Origin: Methanothrix sp.
GTDB lineage: Archaea > Halobacteriota > Methanosarcinia > Methanotrichales > Methanotrichaceae
Length of the DNA stretch: 64,000 bases
Direction of reading: 5' to 3'
Assembly: GCA_963682135.1 (NCBI GenBank)
Contig: OY821645.1
Coordinates: 352,001 to 416,000 of the forward strand
A program made the position numbers and the translations under genes. Positions 36,042-45,661 of the stretch are shown in pieces; within the stretch, counting starts at the first letter, position 1, and every line of letters begins with the position of its first letter. The notes under the pieces are model-generated. The model made no database searches and was not told the DNA's origin. It worked only from the letters and a program-made list of their open reading frames with translations.

Positions 36042-36140
36042 AGATTCTTCTAGCGTACCACAGTTTTCTAAAAGTAATATATATATAGTACGTTTCTCTT
36101 TTACGTTTACAACTAAATCAGCCTGGGGTAAGGATTTCCT

Positions 36141-36773
36141 GTGTACCTAACTAAAATTTATAAAAATAGCAGCTGCATAGATGGGGAGGGCATATTTGCA
36201 GGAGAACCAATACCAAAAGGAACCATAGTATTTTATTATAGCAGCAATGATATTTATGTATCCAGAAAAAAATTTCAGTCATTATCTAATTTCGAAAAAC
36301 AACAAATATATAAACTTGGCGTAGAGGATGAAAACGGAAATTGGATTGTTACAGATGGTGATGCTAACCATAGTTGTGATGCCAATATTCTTTCAATATT
36401 CGTTGATGGTCTCTACTGCGACATCGCAGTCAAAGACATCCGGATCGGAGAAGAGATCACCATTGATTACGGCCTCTTCTACAGTTCATTTCCATGGGAG
36501 ATGACATGCAGATGCCATTCATGCAACTGCCGCGGAATTTTCGGATCGGCCATTGCAATCGATTCCCAAACACAGGAACTATGGCATTCAAGAATCTCCG
36601 AGGCCGCAGGTCGAATCCTCCATGTAAGGCAGGCCTTATTCTCCCGAGAAGATGAGTCTGCGAGAGCACTGACCTTTGCGTTAAGATCAAGACATAGTCC
36701 TAAGATATTTCCTTATATCAAGTTCTCCTTGATTAGCACCTATCCTGAAAATGAGGATGCAGTCATGAGATGA
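36141..36773 (+). CDS. SET-domain protein-lysine methyltransferase
   Basis: GEGIFAGEPIPKGT, ANHSCDAN, DIRIGEEITIDYG, and post-SET CRCHSCNCRG. Confidence 0.9.
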   Translation: MYLTKIYKNSSCIDGEGIFAGEPIPKGTIVFYYSSNDIYVSRKKFQSLSNFEKQQIYKLGVEDENGNWIVTDGDANHSCDANILSIFVDGLYCDIAVKDIRIGEEITIDYGLFYSSFPWEMTCRCHSCNCRGIFGSAIAIDSQTQELWHSRISEAAGRILHVRQALFSREDESARALTFALRSRHSPKIFPYIKFSLISTYPENEDAVMR

Positions 36774-36874
36774 ATGGTTTGCTTTCAAATCCATATAAAA
36801 TAAAAATCGCCAAATGCTTGGCGAAAGTAATCATCCAAAAATGAGAAGAGCCGCCCAAATAACCTCTCTCGCTT

Positions 36875-37012
36875 CTATTTTTGCTTTTTCTTCTCTGGCT
36901 CTGCAAAGAGCTCATAGCCTCTCCTGCTCCTGCATGCTCGCAGTACCTTTTCAGCCTTCTGCATTTCGAATTTGCGCTCACGTTTCAACTTTCTATCTCT
37001 GGCTTCACTCAT
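36875..37012 (-). CDS. Small basic protein (45 aa), below the ORF-track cutoff
   Basis: MSEARDRKLKRERKFEMQKAEKVLRACRSRRGYELFAEPEKKKQK, purine-rich coding-like composition. Confidence 0.5.
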   Translation of the reverse strand: MSEARDRKLKRERKFEMQKAEKVLRACRSRRGYELFAEPEKKKQK

Positions 37013-37394
37013 GATTTCACACTCTTCCTTTTTGGTATTGATTTTCGCTTTTGCCTTTGGCTTTCGGCTTTTTTAGCTTTGTCCTCATCTGCCGCCGGTC
37101 CCAAGATTTCGATATCTCAGACTATCTAAAGCCACTGGTATATGCACGTAACGCCTTCATTGCCAATCTCCTCCTAGTATATCTATTTTCTTGCAGGCAG
37201 TTCTACTTAAAAGCCATTTGGCTTTGCGGGCCGCGAAGCTATCGAGCCTGGGCTAATGAGGTCAGTATTAATCGTGGCAATCGTGGTTGAAGCATCGCGA
37301 CAATGATATATAGAGTATTCTCGCCAAAGCTCGCTTGCGCGCCGAGCAACACAAGTTTATTTAAATTAAGTCTACTGCCGTTGGTTTCATATAG

Positions 37395-38459
37395 GTGCAG
37401 ACTGAGCCTATATTCATGCCAAACTGGATCTATCCCGATTTCGAGCCACTTCCCCAGCGGCCATTATTTCTTTGCATCATCTCCAATACCGACACCGGTA
37501 AGATTCCCGGCTTATCTGCCGCCGGAACCACGCCGGAACTGACCGACTACACCCCGGGCGCCGATGCCGAGCTGGTGGAGACCAACCGCATCATCACCAT
37601 GCCCGAGCTGCCGGAAGCACCCGGCGGCTCACCTACTCCTGCTATCGTCACCAAGGCAGCTTTGAACCTGACCGGCATACCTTCCTTATTCGTGGCCTCA
37701 GGCCTTCGTAAGAAGCCGGCCGTTCCCTATGCAGAGCTGGGCGGATCTGCAGGCAGCGACATTCGCAATGATCCCGCGGTTGCGAAAGCCTGCGAGCTCT
37801 ATGAAAATGCCGTAATGCTTGGAAAGAAGCTCGCCAGACTCTCTGACTGCATCTTTATCGGTGAGTCCATCGCCGGAGGCACGACCACAGCTATGGCCGT
37901 TCTCTGGGCTCTGGGCTATGATGTCAATGTGAGCAGCAGTTTCCAGTCCAATCCCACTGCACTCAAGCAGAGCGTGGTTGCTAAAGCATTTCAGCGGGCC
38001 GGCATCAATGTCGGCAGCCTGAAGAATGATCCTTTTAGAGCAATCGAGCAGGTGGGCGATCCCATGATGGCCGCGGCTCTGGGACTCATGCAAGGCCTGA
38101 GGGGCTGCCGGGTGGTCTTGGCCGGCGGCACTCAGATGGCCGCGGTGCTGGCTCTGGGAAAAGCCCTGAAGGTCGAGGGAGACATTAGCATCGCTACAAC
38201 CAAGTATATTGTGGAGGACAAGACGGCCAACTTCAGGGAGATCGTAGAAGCTACCGGTCGGCCTTACTATTACTCAGATCCGGGATTGGAGAACTCCAAA
38301 ATCCCTCCTGTGCAAATCTATGCCAAGGGCTACGTCAAAGAGGGGGTGGGCATGGGTGGAGCGGCCCTTCTGGCCGGGATTTATGGATTCAGTCAGATGC
38401 AGCTCGTCGAAGAGACGGACCGGGTGCTCATGACGGTGGAGCTTCCCAAGAAATGTTAG
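37395..38459 (+). CDS. cobT: Nicotinate-mononucleotide:benzimidazole phosphoribosyltransferase, archaeal type
   Basis: IPGLSAAG...YTP..DAE, GESIAGGTTTAMAVL, VGDPM, LAGGTQM, VKEGVGMGG. Confidence 0.9.
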   Translation: MQTEPIFMPNWIYPDFEPLPQRPLFLCIISNTDTGKIPGLSAAGTTPELTDYTPGADAELVETNRIITMPELPEAPGGSPTPAIVTKAALNLTGIPSLFVASGLRKKPAVPYAELGGSAGSDIRNDPAVAKACELYENAVMLGKKLARLSDCIFIGESIAGGTTTAMAVLWALGYDVNVSSSFQSNPTALKQSVVAKAFQRAGINVGSLKNDPFRAIEQVGDPMMAAALGLMQGLRGCRVVLAGGTQMAAVLALGKALKVEGDISIATTKYIVEDKTANFREIVEATGRPYYYSDPGLENSKIPPVQIYAKGYVKEGVGMGGAALLAGIYGFSQMQLVEETDRVLMTVELPKKC

Positions 38460-39487
38460 CTGCTGTTCTAAAAGCTCCGGGTGTTATGGAGCTGGACGAT
38501 ATTCCTGATCCGTTGACCCCCAAGGGGGGAGCCCTGCTGGAGATATTGGCCTGCGCCGTGTGCGGCACAGATCTCAAGATGCGAGAGCATGGCCACCGTG
38601 ACCTGGATCTTCCCCGCGTGCTGGGGCATGAGATGGTAGGCAGGATCGTCGAAATTGATAGAGACTCATCTCTGGCCGAAGGAGACGAAGTACAGCTGTG
38701 GCCGGGCGTCGCCTGCGGAAAATGCAGGCCCTGCCAGCAGGGTGCCGATAACCTTTGCCCAGAGATCGGGATCATGGGCTTCAACTGCGACGGAGGTTTT
38801 GCCCAGCTTCTGGCCCTGCCGGGAGAGAGCTTACCAGGGGGCGTGAATCTGCTGCCGGGAAATTTCGATCCGGCTATTGCCGCTCTGGCTGAGCCTTTAG
38901 CGTGTTGCATCAACGGCCAGGAGCAGGCCTGCGTCGGTCGGGATGATCGGATTCTCATCTACGGCGGAGGGCCCATCGGTGCTCTGCACGTCCTTTTAGC
39001 CGAGCTTCACGAGGCTAGGAAGATAATAGTAACAGAGAGAATTCCCGGCCGCATCCGAGAGCTTAGAAGGCACACAAGCGCAGTGGTTGTCAATCCTGCG
39101 GAAGAGTCCGGGAAGGCCCTCCTGGCCGCAGAGATCGGCAGAGAAGGCGTGGACGTCATACTCACCGCTACACCGGAGGTGCGGGTGGAGGGGGGTCTTC
39201 AGAAGCTGCTCTCTCCAGGCGGAAGGATCTGCATCTTCTCCGGACCGTCTCCGGGAAACAATCAGGAGATTATCGACCTAAGCTCTATTCACTATCATGA
39301 GCTTACCCTCTGCGGGGCCTACGGCTGTAGCAGTCGGCAAAACCGGCAAGCCGTTGAGCTTTTAACGTCCGGCATGATCAAGGCCGGCTGGCTTATTACC
39401 AAGAGGACGAGTCTTGCCGGAATTGATGATGCATTTTTACATTCGTCTCAAAGAAGAGGGATGAAATCAGTTGTTTGCATGAGTTAA
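38453..39487 (+). CDS. Zinc-dependent alcohol/polyol dehydrogenase (MDR family)
   Basis: CGTD, GHE, CGKCRPC...NLC, EPLAC, GGGPIG. Confidence 0.92.
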   Translation: MLAAVLKAPGVMELDDIPDPLTPKGGALLEILACAVCGTDLKMREHGHRDLDLPRVLGHEMVGRIVEIDRDSSLAEGDEVQLWPGVACGKCRPCQQGADNLCPEIGIMGFNCDGGFAQLLALPGESLPGGVNLLPGNFDPAIAALAEPLACCINGQEQACVGRDDRILIYGGGPIGALHVLLAELHEARKIIVTERIPGRIRELRRHTSAVVVNPAEESGKALLAAEIGREGVDVILTATPEVRVEGGLQKLLSPGGRICIFSGPSPGNNQEIIDLSSIHYHELTLCGAYGCSSRQNRQAVELLTSGMIKAGWLITKRTSLAGIDDAFLHSSQRRGMKSVVCMS

Positions 39488-39545
39488 TGGACAGATTAAG
39501 TCGTCTAAGCGATTAGCTGAAAGCCATTTTAATAATGCGAAGGAC

Positions 39546-40664
39546 ATGATAATGAAAGACAGTCTGGGATATTTTGGCAGCCGGGTGGACGGGCTGATTA
39601 GGGGCAGCAACCTGACGAGAGTTGAGGCGTCCTTTCTTTTCAAGCAGATTTTGAATAACCAGCAGCCCGATTTGCAGCAGGGCGCTTTCCTGGCCGCCAT
39701 AACCGCCAAAGGTGCTACGCCCGCGGAGATCGCAGGCATCTGGGAAGCCATTTACGAAATAGACACCGTGCAGGTCCATCCTGATGTAAACGGCCCTCTG
39801 GTGGATAATTGCGGCACCGGCATGGACGGCATCAAGACCTTCAACATCAGTACCGCTGCATCGCTGGTGGCAGCCGGCGACGGCATAACAATGGCCAAAC
39901 ATGGAGCGCGGGCCATAACCTCAAAATGCGGCGCCATCGATATCCTGGAGACTCTTGGGGTCGATGTGGAATGCGACGCGGATTTGGTGAAAAGAAGCAT
40001 TGAGTGCGCCGGCATCGGCATCTTCAACGGCATGAGTGCCAAGGTGCACCCCTCTGCCCTCTACAGAATCTTATCTCAGATCAGATTCGGCACAATCCTC
40101 AATGTGGCCGGGTCTCTGGCCAACCCGGCCAGGCCTGCCTATGCCGTGCGGGGTGTCTACTCCGAGAAAATGGTGCAGCCCATCGCCGAGTCCATGAGAG
40201 AGATCGGCTACAAAAGAGCCTTTGTCGTACATGGCAGGAGCCGGGATGATATGCGCGGCATGGATGAGCTCTCCACCTTAGGCAGATCCTTTGTAGCAGA
40301 ACTAACTGAAGATGGAATGATTCGAACCTATGCCATAAAAGCGGAGGACCTGGGAGCAGGAGAAGCTGATGAATCATCTATCCTTTACAGCAGCGACAAA
40401 GAGGCAGAAGCCATTAACCTGCTGCGGGTTTTGGCAGGGGAGGATCATAGCTGCAGGAGAGATATCGTATGCTTGAATGCGGCACCTATACTCTGCATTA
40501 CCGATCATGCCCGCGACCTGCGTGATGGCATGCAAAAGGCCGCAGATATCATAGATTGCGGCAAGCCCATAAAAAAGCTAAAAGCCTGGGTGGCGGAGCA
40601 AAACCAGAATGCTGGCCGGCCACTGGAAAAATTAGAGGAGATGCTGGCCCTGGCATGCGCCTGA
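39546..40664 (+). CDS. trpD: Anthranilate phosphoribosyltransferase (or a paralogue)
   Basis: DNCGTGMDG..TFNIST, KHGARAITSKCG..D.LE.LG, GMDELST, NAA. Confidence 0.85.
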   Translation: MIMKDSLGYFGSRVDGLIRGSNLTRVEASFLFKQILNNQQPDLQQGAFLAAITAKGATPAEIAGIWEAIYEIDTVQVHPDVNGPLVDNCGTGMDGIKTFNISTAASLVAAGDGITMAKHGARAITSKCGAIDILETLGVDVECDADLVKRSIECAGIGIFNGMSAKVHPSALYRILSQIRFGTILNVAGSLANPARPAYAVRGVYSEKMVQPIAESMREIGYKRAFVVHGRSRDDMRGMDELSTLGRSFVAELTEDGMIRTYAIKAEDLGAGEADESSILYSSDKEAEAINLLRVLAGEDHSCRRDIVCLNAAPILCITDHARDLRDGMQKAADIIDCGKPIKKLKAWVAEQNQNAGRPLEKLEEMLALACA

Positions 40665-40722
40665 TATTATAGGCATAACAAATATCTATCAGAGAAACAA
40701 GATGTCCTTTCAGTTGTAATGC

Positions 40723-41760
40723 ATGGACTTTGATCCCGGTAAATGGTGCTCTGAACATAGAGGAATGCTGATCATAGCTCTGGCCTCTGTGCTCATGATA
40801 TTCTATTTCTTCTTCCCTTTTCTGGACGGCATAATCCTGGGTACCGTCTTCGCCTACGTGGGCAAGCCCATCCGGGATAAATTCGGCAAGAGAAAGCGGC
40901 TGGGGTCATTGGCTGCCGCCGTTTGCATAGTATTGCCTATCTTTCTGATCCTGGGGATGGGAATGATAGAAATTGCCAACCAGATCTTGATCCTGGCTAA
41001 AAACCAAGAGGCGATCAGAACTGCTCTTGGCATTCTGACGGAGCAGACCTCTCAGAATCTGACACCATGGATGAAGGATCTATTGACCAGCAGCCTGGAG
41101 AATGCCGCAAGCACCATTGCCCCCATCGCCTCCTCCGTCCCCGTCTTTCATATTGGAAGAGTTGCCTCTTTGGGAATCATCAACTTCATAGTCTCCATCC
41201 CGGTCTGTTACTTCGTGCTGGTGGATGGAGAGAGCTTTGTGGAATCGATAATATCTTTGCTGCCGCAAAGAGAGAAAGAAGCGTATAGAAAATACATGAG
41301 CCGCATCGATTATATCTTGAGCGGCATCTATATCGGCACGATTTATACCTCCATTTTGGGAAGCATCATAGCCGCTTTCATCTTCTATGCCTTCAGTCTG
41401 CCCAGACCTTTTGCCCTGGCCAGCATCGTCTTTGTGGCCGGAATGGTTCCCTTCCTCACCTCCTGGGTGGTCATCATTCCTGTGACAATTTACCGATATT
41501 TCGCGGAAGGAATGCAAGGCGCGGCCGTTTTCTTCCTTCTATCTTCCATGCTCATCTACCTGCCTTCGGAGCTCCTAATCCGGCCATACCTGGTGGCGGC
41601 CAAATCCTCCTTGCATCCTTTGCTGGTAATGCTTTCCTTTATAGGAGGAGCTCTGGTGGCGGGCATAGGAGGTTTCTTCCTGGCCCCTGCCATAATGGGC
41701 ATAATAGTAGGAATATATCAGGTACGTAGAGAAGAGATGAAGAGCCCGGAAGAAGCATGA
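40723..41760 (+). CDS. AI-2E family transporter
   Basis: Multiple TM helices, YFVLVDGE, LIRPYLV...LHPLLVMLSFIGG...GFFLAP. Confidence 0.9.
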   Translation: MDFDPGKWCSEHRGMLIIALASVLMIFYFFFPFLDGIILGTVFAYVGKPIRDKFGKRKRLGSLAAAVCIVLPIFLILGMGMIEIANQILILAKNQEAIRTALGILTEQTSQNLTPWMKDLLTSSLENAASTIAPIASSVPVFHIGRVASLGIINFIVSIPVCYFVLVDGESFVESIISLLPQREKEAYRKYMSRIDYILSGIYIGTIYTSILGSIIAAFIFYAFSLPRPFALASIVFVAGMVPFLTSWVVIIPVTIYRYFAEGMQGAAVFFLLSSMLIYLPSELLIRPYLVAAKSSLHPLLVMLSFIGGALVAGIGGFFLAPAIMGIIVGIYQVRREEMKSPEEA

Positions 41761-43031
41761 AATTTTATATCGAGACTTTCGGCTGCACCTCCAACCAGGG
41801 AAACTCGCAGGATCTGGCAAGGGCCTTGCAGGAGACGGGTCATATTCCATCAACTCTAGAGGAGGCGGATGCAGTAATTGTGAATACCTGCGCCGTCACG
41901 GAAAAGACGGAGAGAAAGGTCCTGCGAAGGCTTGGCCAGCTGCAAGGCGAAAGGCTGATTGTGGCAGGATGCCTGAGCGTCGCCATGCCGGAGTCGATTC
42001 GCGGCATACGCTGCCGGAAGCGGCAAGGACTGTTGAATCGATCCTCCGCCGCCTGTATCTCGGCTCTCTTTAGCGAATCTCTTAGGCCACCTCTGGGCGA
42101 GTTGCCGTATAGCCCTTACCGTGAGGCATTGCCCTACGGCCCATCTCCTTTGGACGATCTGTGCGCAATCGTCAATGTGGCAGAAGGATGCAACGGTTCT
42201 TGCAGCTATTGCATAGTTGCCAAGGCCAGGGGCAGGCTGAAGAGCCGCAGAGAGGAAGATGTGGTAGCTGAGGCAGAAAAGCTGGCCGCATTGGGAATGG
42301 CAGAGGTGCAGGTCACTGCTCAGGATACAGCTGCCTATGGAGAGGATATCGGAACAGATCTGGGCCAATTGCTCAAAAGACTGGCAAATATCCCAGGCGA
42401 TTTTATGCTGCGCGCAGGCATGATGAATCCCAATAGTGCTCTTTTAATCAAAGATCAGCTGCTATCGGCATATCAAAGCCCTAAAATATACCGGTTCCTG
42501 CATATTCCTGTACAATCCGGTTCAGATGAGATTCTTCGCAGCATGGGCCGTAGATACTCAGTGGCGGACTTCCTGAAGCTTGTGAGTGCTTTTCGATCAT
42601 CTCACCCCAGAATCACCATAATCACGGATGTCATCGTGGGTTTTCCCGGTGAGACTGATGAGAACTTCTTCGAGACCATGAATCTTATAGAGCGCCTGCA
42701 ACCGGATAAGGTTAATATTACCAGATTCTCGGCGCGACCGGGTACGTCTGCCGCCCAAAAGTATGACATGCCGGACCGAATCAAGAAGGATCGATCGAGA
42801 GAATTGACCCGGATGTGGCTGAAGATCGCGGCTTCAAGAAATGAGGGGTACAGGGGCGAGGTCCTGGAAGCCAGGATCACAGAGCGCGGGCGGGACGGCA
42901 CCATGAAGGCCCGGGCCGAGAACTATCTGGGCATAGTTGTCAAAGGCGGACCAAAACTGGGCTCCCTCATCCGGGTTGCAGTAACGGACAGCAATCCCTT
43001 CTATGTATCCGGTCATTTAGCTGACAGGTGA
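41757..43031 (+). CDS. Radical-SAM tRNA methylthiotransferase (MiaB-like, archaeal e-MtaB type)
   Basis: ETFGCTSN, NTCAV, GC, CNGSCSYC, HIPVQSGS, DVIVGFPGET, and a C-terminal TRAM domain. Confidence 0.92.
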   Translation: MKFYIETFGCTSNQGNSQDLARALQETGHIPSTLEEADAVIVNTCAVTEKTERKVLRRLGQLQGERLIVAGCLSVAMPESIRGIRCRKRQGLLNRSSAACISALFSESLRPPLGELPYSPYREALPYGPSPLDDLCAIVNVAEGCNGSCSYCIVAKARGRLKSRREEDVVAEAEKLAALGMAEVQVTAQDTAAYGEDIGTDLGQLLKRLANIPGDFMLRAGMMNPNSALLIKDQLLSAYQSPKIYRFLHIPVQSGSDEILRSMGRRYSVADFLKLVSAFRSSHPRITIITDVIVGFPGETDENFFETMNLIERLQPDKVNITRFSARPGTSAAQKYDMPDRIKKDRSRELTRMWLKIAASRNEGYRGEVLEARITERGRDGTMKARAENYLGIVVKGGPKLGSLIRVAVTDSNPFYVSGHLADR

Positions 43032-43358
43032 AATCGCGAAGAGTCTCTCATGAATTAAACATACATATTAAATTTTAAAAATATAAAACAATAATTCATA
43101 AAAGGCTATTCGATGACAGTAAATGGCCTACCAGAACCAACAGGCTACTGTTGTAGAGCAACCCTTTTGGCTTTTTAAGATGATTGTTTCAGAGCACCAT
43201 TAGGTTTATTAATAATGAAAATTATCATTCATGATAATGCATCTAAGACCCTCTCCTAGTACGGGAGGAGCCCTATATTTGATAGTTTATTACAAACTTG
43301 ATTACAAAAAACATAGTGAGTGGGTTTTAGAGTCATAAATTTATGAAGGAGGTTAAAA

Positions 43359-45350
43359 ATGGCTGAGCAAAAGGCAACCGCAAAAACATCAGTGCTATAT
43401 GAAGAGACCAGGGTATTCGAGCCGAGCAAGGAACTCGTCGAGAACTCTAACGTCATGAAGTGGATGAAGGAGAAAGGTTTCAAGACAGAGAGGGAGCTGC
43501 GCCTCTGGTGTTCTGCCAACTACATCCAGTTCTGGGGTGAGATGGCCAAGACCTATGCAGATTGGTTTGAGCCCTGGTCCTCGACACTGGAATGGATACC
43601 GCCTTATGCAAAGTGGTTCGTGGGCGGCAAGTGCAATGTGGCCTACAATTCTGTGGATAGGCATGCTATGGGCGCGAAGAAGGATAAGGTAGCATACATT
43701 TTCGTCCCTGAGCCCACCGATCAGCCTACTCAAAAGATCACTTATCTGCAGCTCTACAAGGAGGTCAACAAGTTCGCCAACGGTCTGAAGAGCCTGGGCG
43801 TGCAGAAGGGAGACAGAGTTATGTTGTACATGCCCATGATCCCTCAACTCCCCATTGCCATGCTCGCCATCGCCAAGATAGGAGCCATTCACTGCATTGT
43901 TTTCTCCGGGTTTTCTTCGGGAGGCCTTAACAGCAGAATCATGGATGCCGAGGCCAAAGCTGTGATAACCACCGATGGCTTGTATCGGCGCGGCAAGCCC
44001 ATTCCTCTCAAGCCAAACGTGGATGAGGCGACAGCCAATACCCCAACGGTGAAAAATGTAATCGTTGTCAAGAGGACCGGGCTTGAAGTGCCCATGAAGC
44101 AGGGAAGAGACATCTACTGGCACGATCTGGTGGCAGGAAAGTCAGAAGAATGCGAGTGCGAGAAGATGGACTCAGAGGATAGGCTGTTCATCCTTTACAC
44201 CTCCGGAACTACCGGTAAACCCAAGGGTATCGAGCACGTACATGGCGGATATCAGGTTGGACCGGCTCAGACTCTGCACTGGGTCTTCGATATAAAAGAC
44301 AGTGATGTCTGGTGGTGCACAGCCGATATCGGATGGATCACGGGCCACTCCTACATAGTATATGGGCCTCTCTGCCTCGGTGCAACAAGCATGATGTACG
44401 AGGGTGCTCCTGACTTCCCGGATTTTGGTAGGTTTTTCAAGATCATCCAGGATAACAAGGTGTCTGTCTTCTACACTGCACCAACCGCTATCAGGATGTT
44501 CATGAAGGCTGGCGAGAAATGGGCCAAGGATTATGATATATCCAGCATAAGGCTGCTTGGATCGGTGGGCGAGCCCATTAATCCTGAGGCCTGGATGTGG
44601 TATAGAGAGCACTTCGGTGCCGGCAAATGCCAGATCATGGATACCTGGTGGCAGACAGAGACGGGAACTTTCCTGGTGTCTCCTCTGCCCATCACCCCGC
44701 TCAAGCCCGGATCTGCGACCTTCCCGCTGCCTGGATTCAACATCGATATCCTTGACGAGGATGCCAACCCCGTTCCAGCCGGCTCCGGCGGCAATATAGT
44801 GAGCAATACACCCTGGCCATCCATGCTCAGGGCGTTTTACAGAGACACGGTCAGGTACCAGAAGGAGTATTGGTCCACCTACTGGGAGATCAGACCCGGC
44901 ACATATCTGGCTGGCGATAAGGCCACCAAGGATAAGGATGGATACTTCACTATCCAGGGCAGAATCGACGATGTGCTGAAGGTAGCCGGCCATAGAATCT
45001 CCAATGCTGAGGTCGAGTCCGCTTTCGTCTCTCATCCCAAGGTTGGCGAGGCTGCCGTCATCGGCAAGCCCGACCAGGTCAAGGGCGAGGTCATCGTGGC
45101 CTTCGTTTCTCTCAGAGGAGGAATCGATGGGACCGATGAGCTGAAGAAAGAACTGGTCAAGCATGTGAGATCCGCCCTGGGACCATTAGCCAGTCCAGAG
45201 GCGATTTACTTCGTCAAGGACGTGCCCAAGACGAGGAGCGGCAAGATCATGCGCCGCGTCATCAAGGCAAAAGCAATGGGCCAACCCACGGGTGACGTCT
45301 CCGCTCTGGCTAATCCAGATGCAGTCGATGCTATTCCGCTCATCACCTGA
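43359..45350 (+). CDS. acs: AMP-forming acetyl-CoA synthetase, copy 1
   Basis: [55 protein letters not shown]. Confidence 0.97.
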   Translation: MAEQKATAKTSVLYEETRVFEPSKELVENSNVMKWMKEKGFKTERELRLWCSANYIQFWGEMAKTYADWFEPWSSTLEWIPPYAKWFVGGKCNVAYNSVDRHAMGAKKDKVAYIFVPEPTDQPTQKITYLQLYKEVNKFANGLKSLGVQKGDRVMLYMPMIPQLPIAMLAIAKIGAIHCIVFSGFSSGGLNSRIMDAEAKAVITTDGLYRRGKPIPLKPNVDEATANTPTVKNVIVVKRTGLEVPMKQGRDIYWHDLVAGKSEECECEKMDSEDRLFILYTSGTTGKPKGIEHVHGGYQVGPAQTLHWVFDIKDSDVWWCTADIGWITGHSYIVYGPLCLGATSMMYEGAPDFPDFGRFFKIIQDNKVSVFYTAPTAIRMFMKAGEKWAKDYDISSIRLLGSVGEPINPEAWMWYREHFGAGKCQIMDTWWQTETGTFLVSPLPITPLKPGSATFPLPGFNIDILDEDANPVPAGSGGNIVSNTPWPSMLRAFYRDTVRYQKEYWSTYWEIRPGTYLAGDKATKDKDGYFTIQGRIDDVLKVAGHRISNAEVESAFVSHPKVGEAAVIGKPDQVKGEVIVAFVSLRGGIDGTDELKKELVKHVRSALGPLASPEAIYFVKDVPKTRSGKIMRRVIKAKAMGQPTGDVSALANPDAVDAIPLIT

Positions 45351-45377
45351 GCGGACCCATTCGTTTTTCTTTTTTCT
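45335..45377 (+). terminator. Stop-codon-spanning hairpin plus T-tract after acs copy 1
   Basis: tccgctca-tcacc-tgagcgga followed by tttttctttttt. Confidence 0.65.
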
Positions 45378-45460
45378 ATTAAAGTTGCCGAAATGAATGC
45401 AGAATTCAGTTATTTTGCTTATTAATAATGATAATAATTGAACATTAATTAAAGTTACCT

Positions 45461-45478
45461 CGACAACTTTATAAATGA
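45461..45478 (+). promoter_or_regulatory. Putative BRE/TATA promoter of acs copy 2
   Basis: cgacaactttataaatga, nearly identical to cgataactttataaatga upstream of copy 3. Confidence 0.65.
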
Positions 45479-45661
45479 AAAACCAGGATAATTATCGATC
45501 GCTACAGTATTCCCGATGACTCCCGTAGGCAAGGCATTTCGGTCATGGAATATAAGGGAAAGATCGTGCTGGATGTTTGTCCTCAGGTGATTGGACGGGC
45601 ATTCAGGTGATTTGTGGGGAGTTTGGGGGAAGACGTGGGGATTCAAACGGAGGTTACAAAA

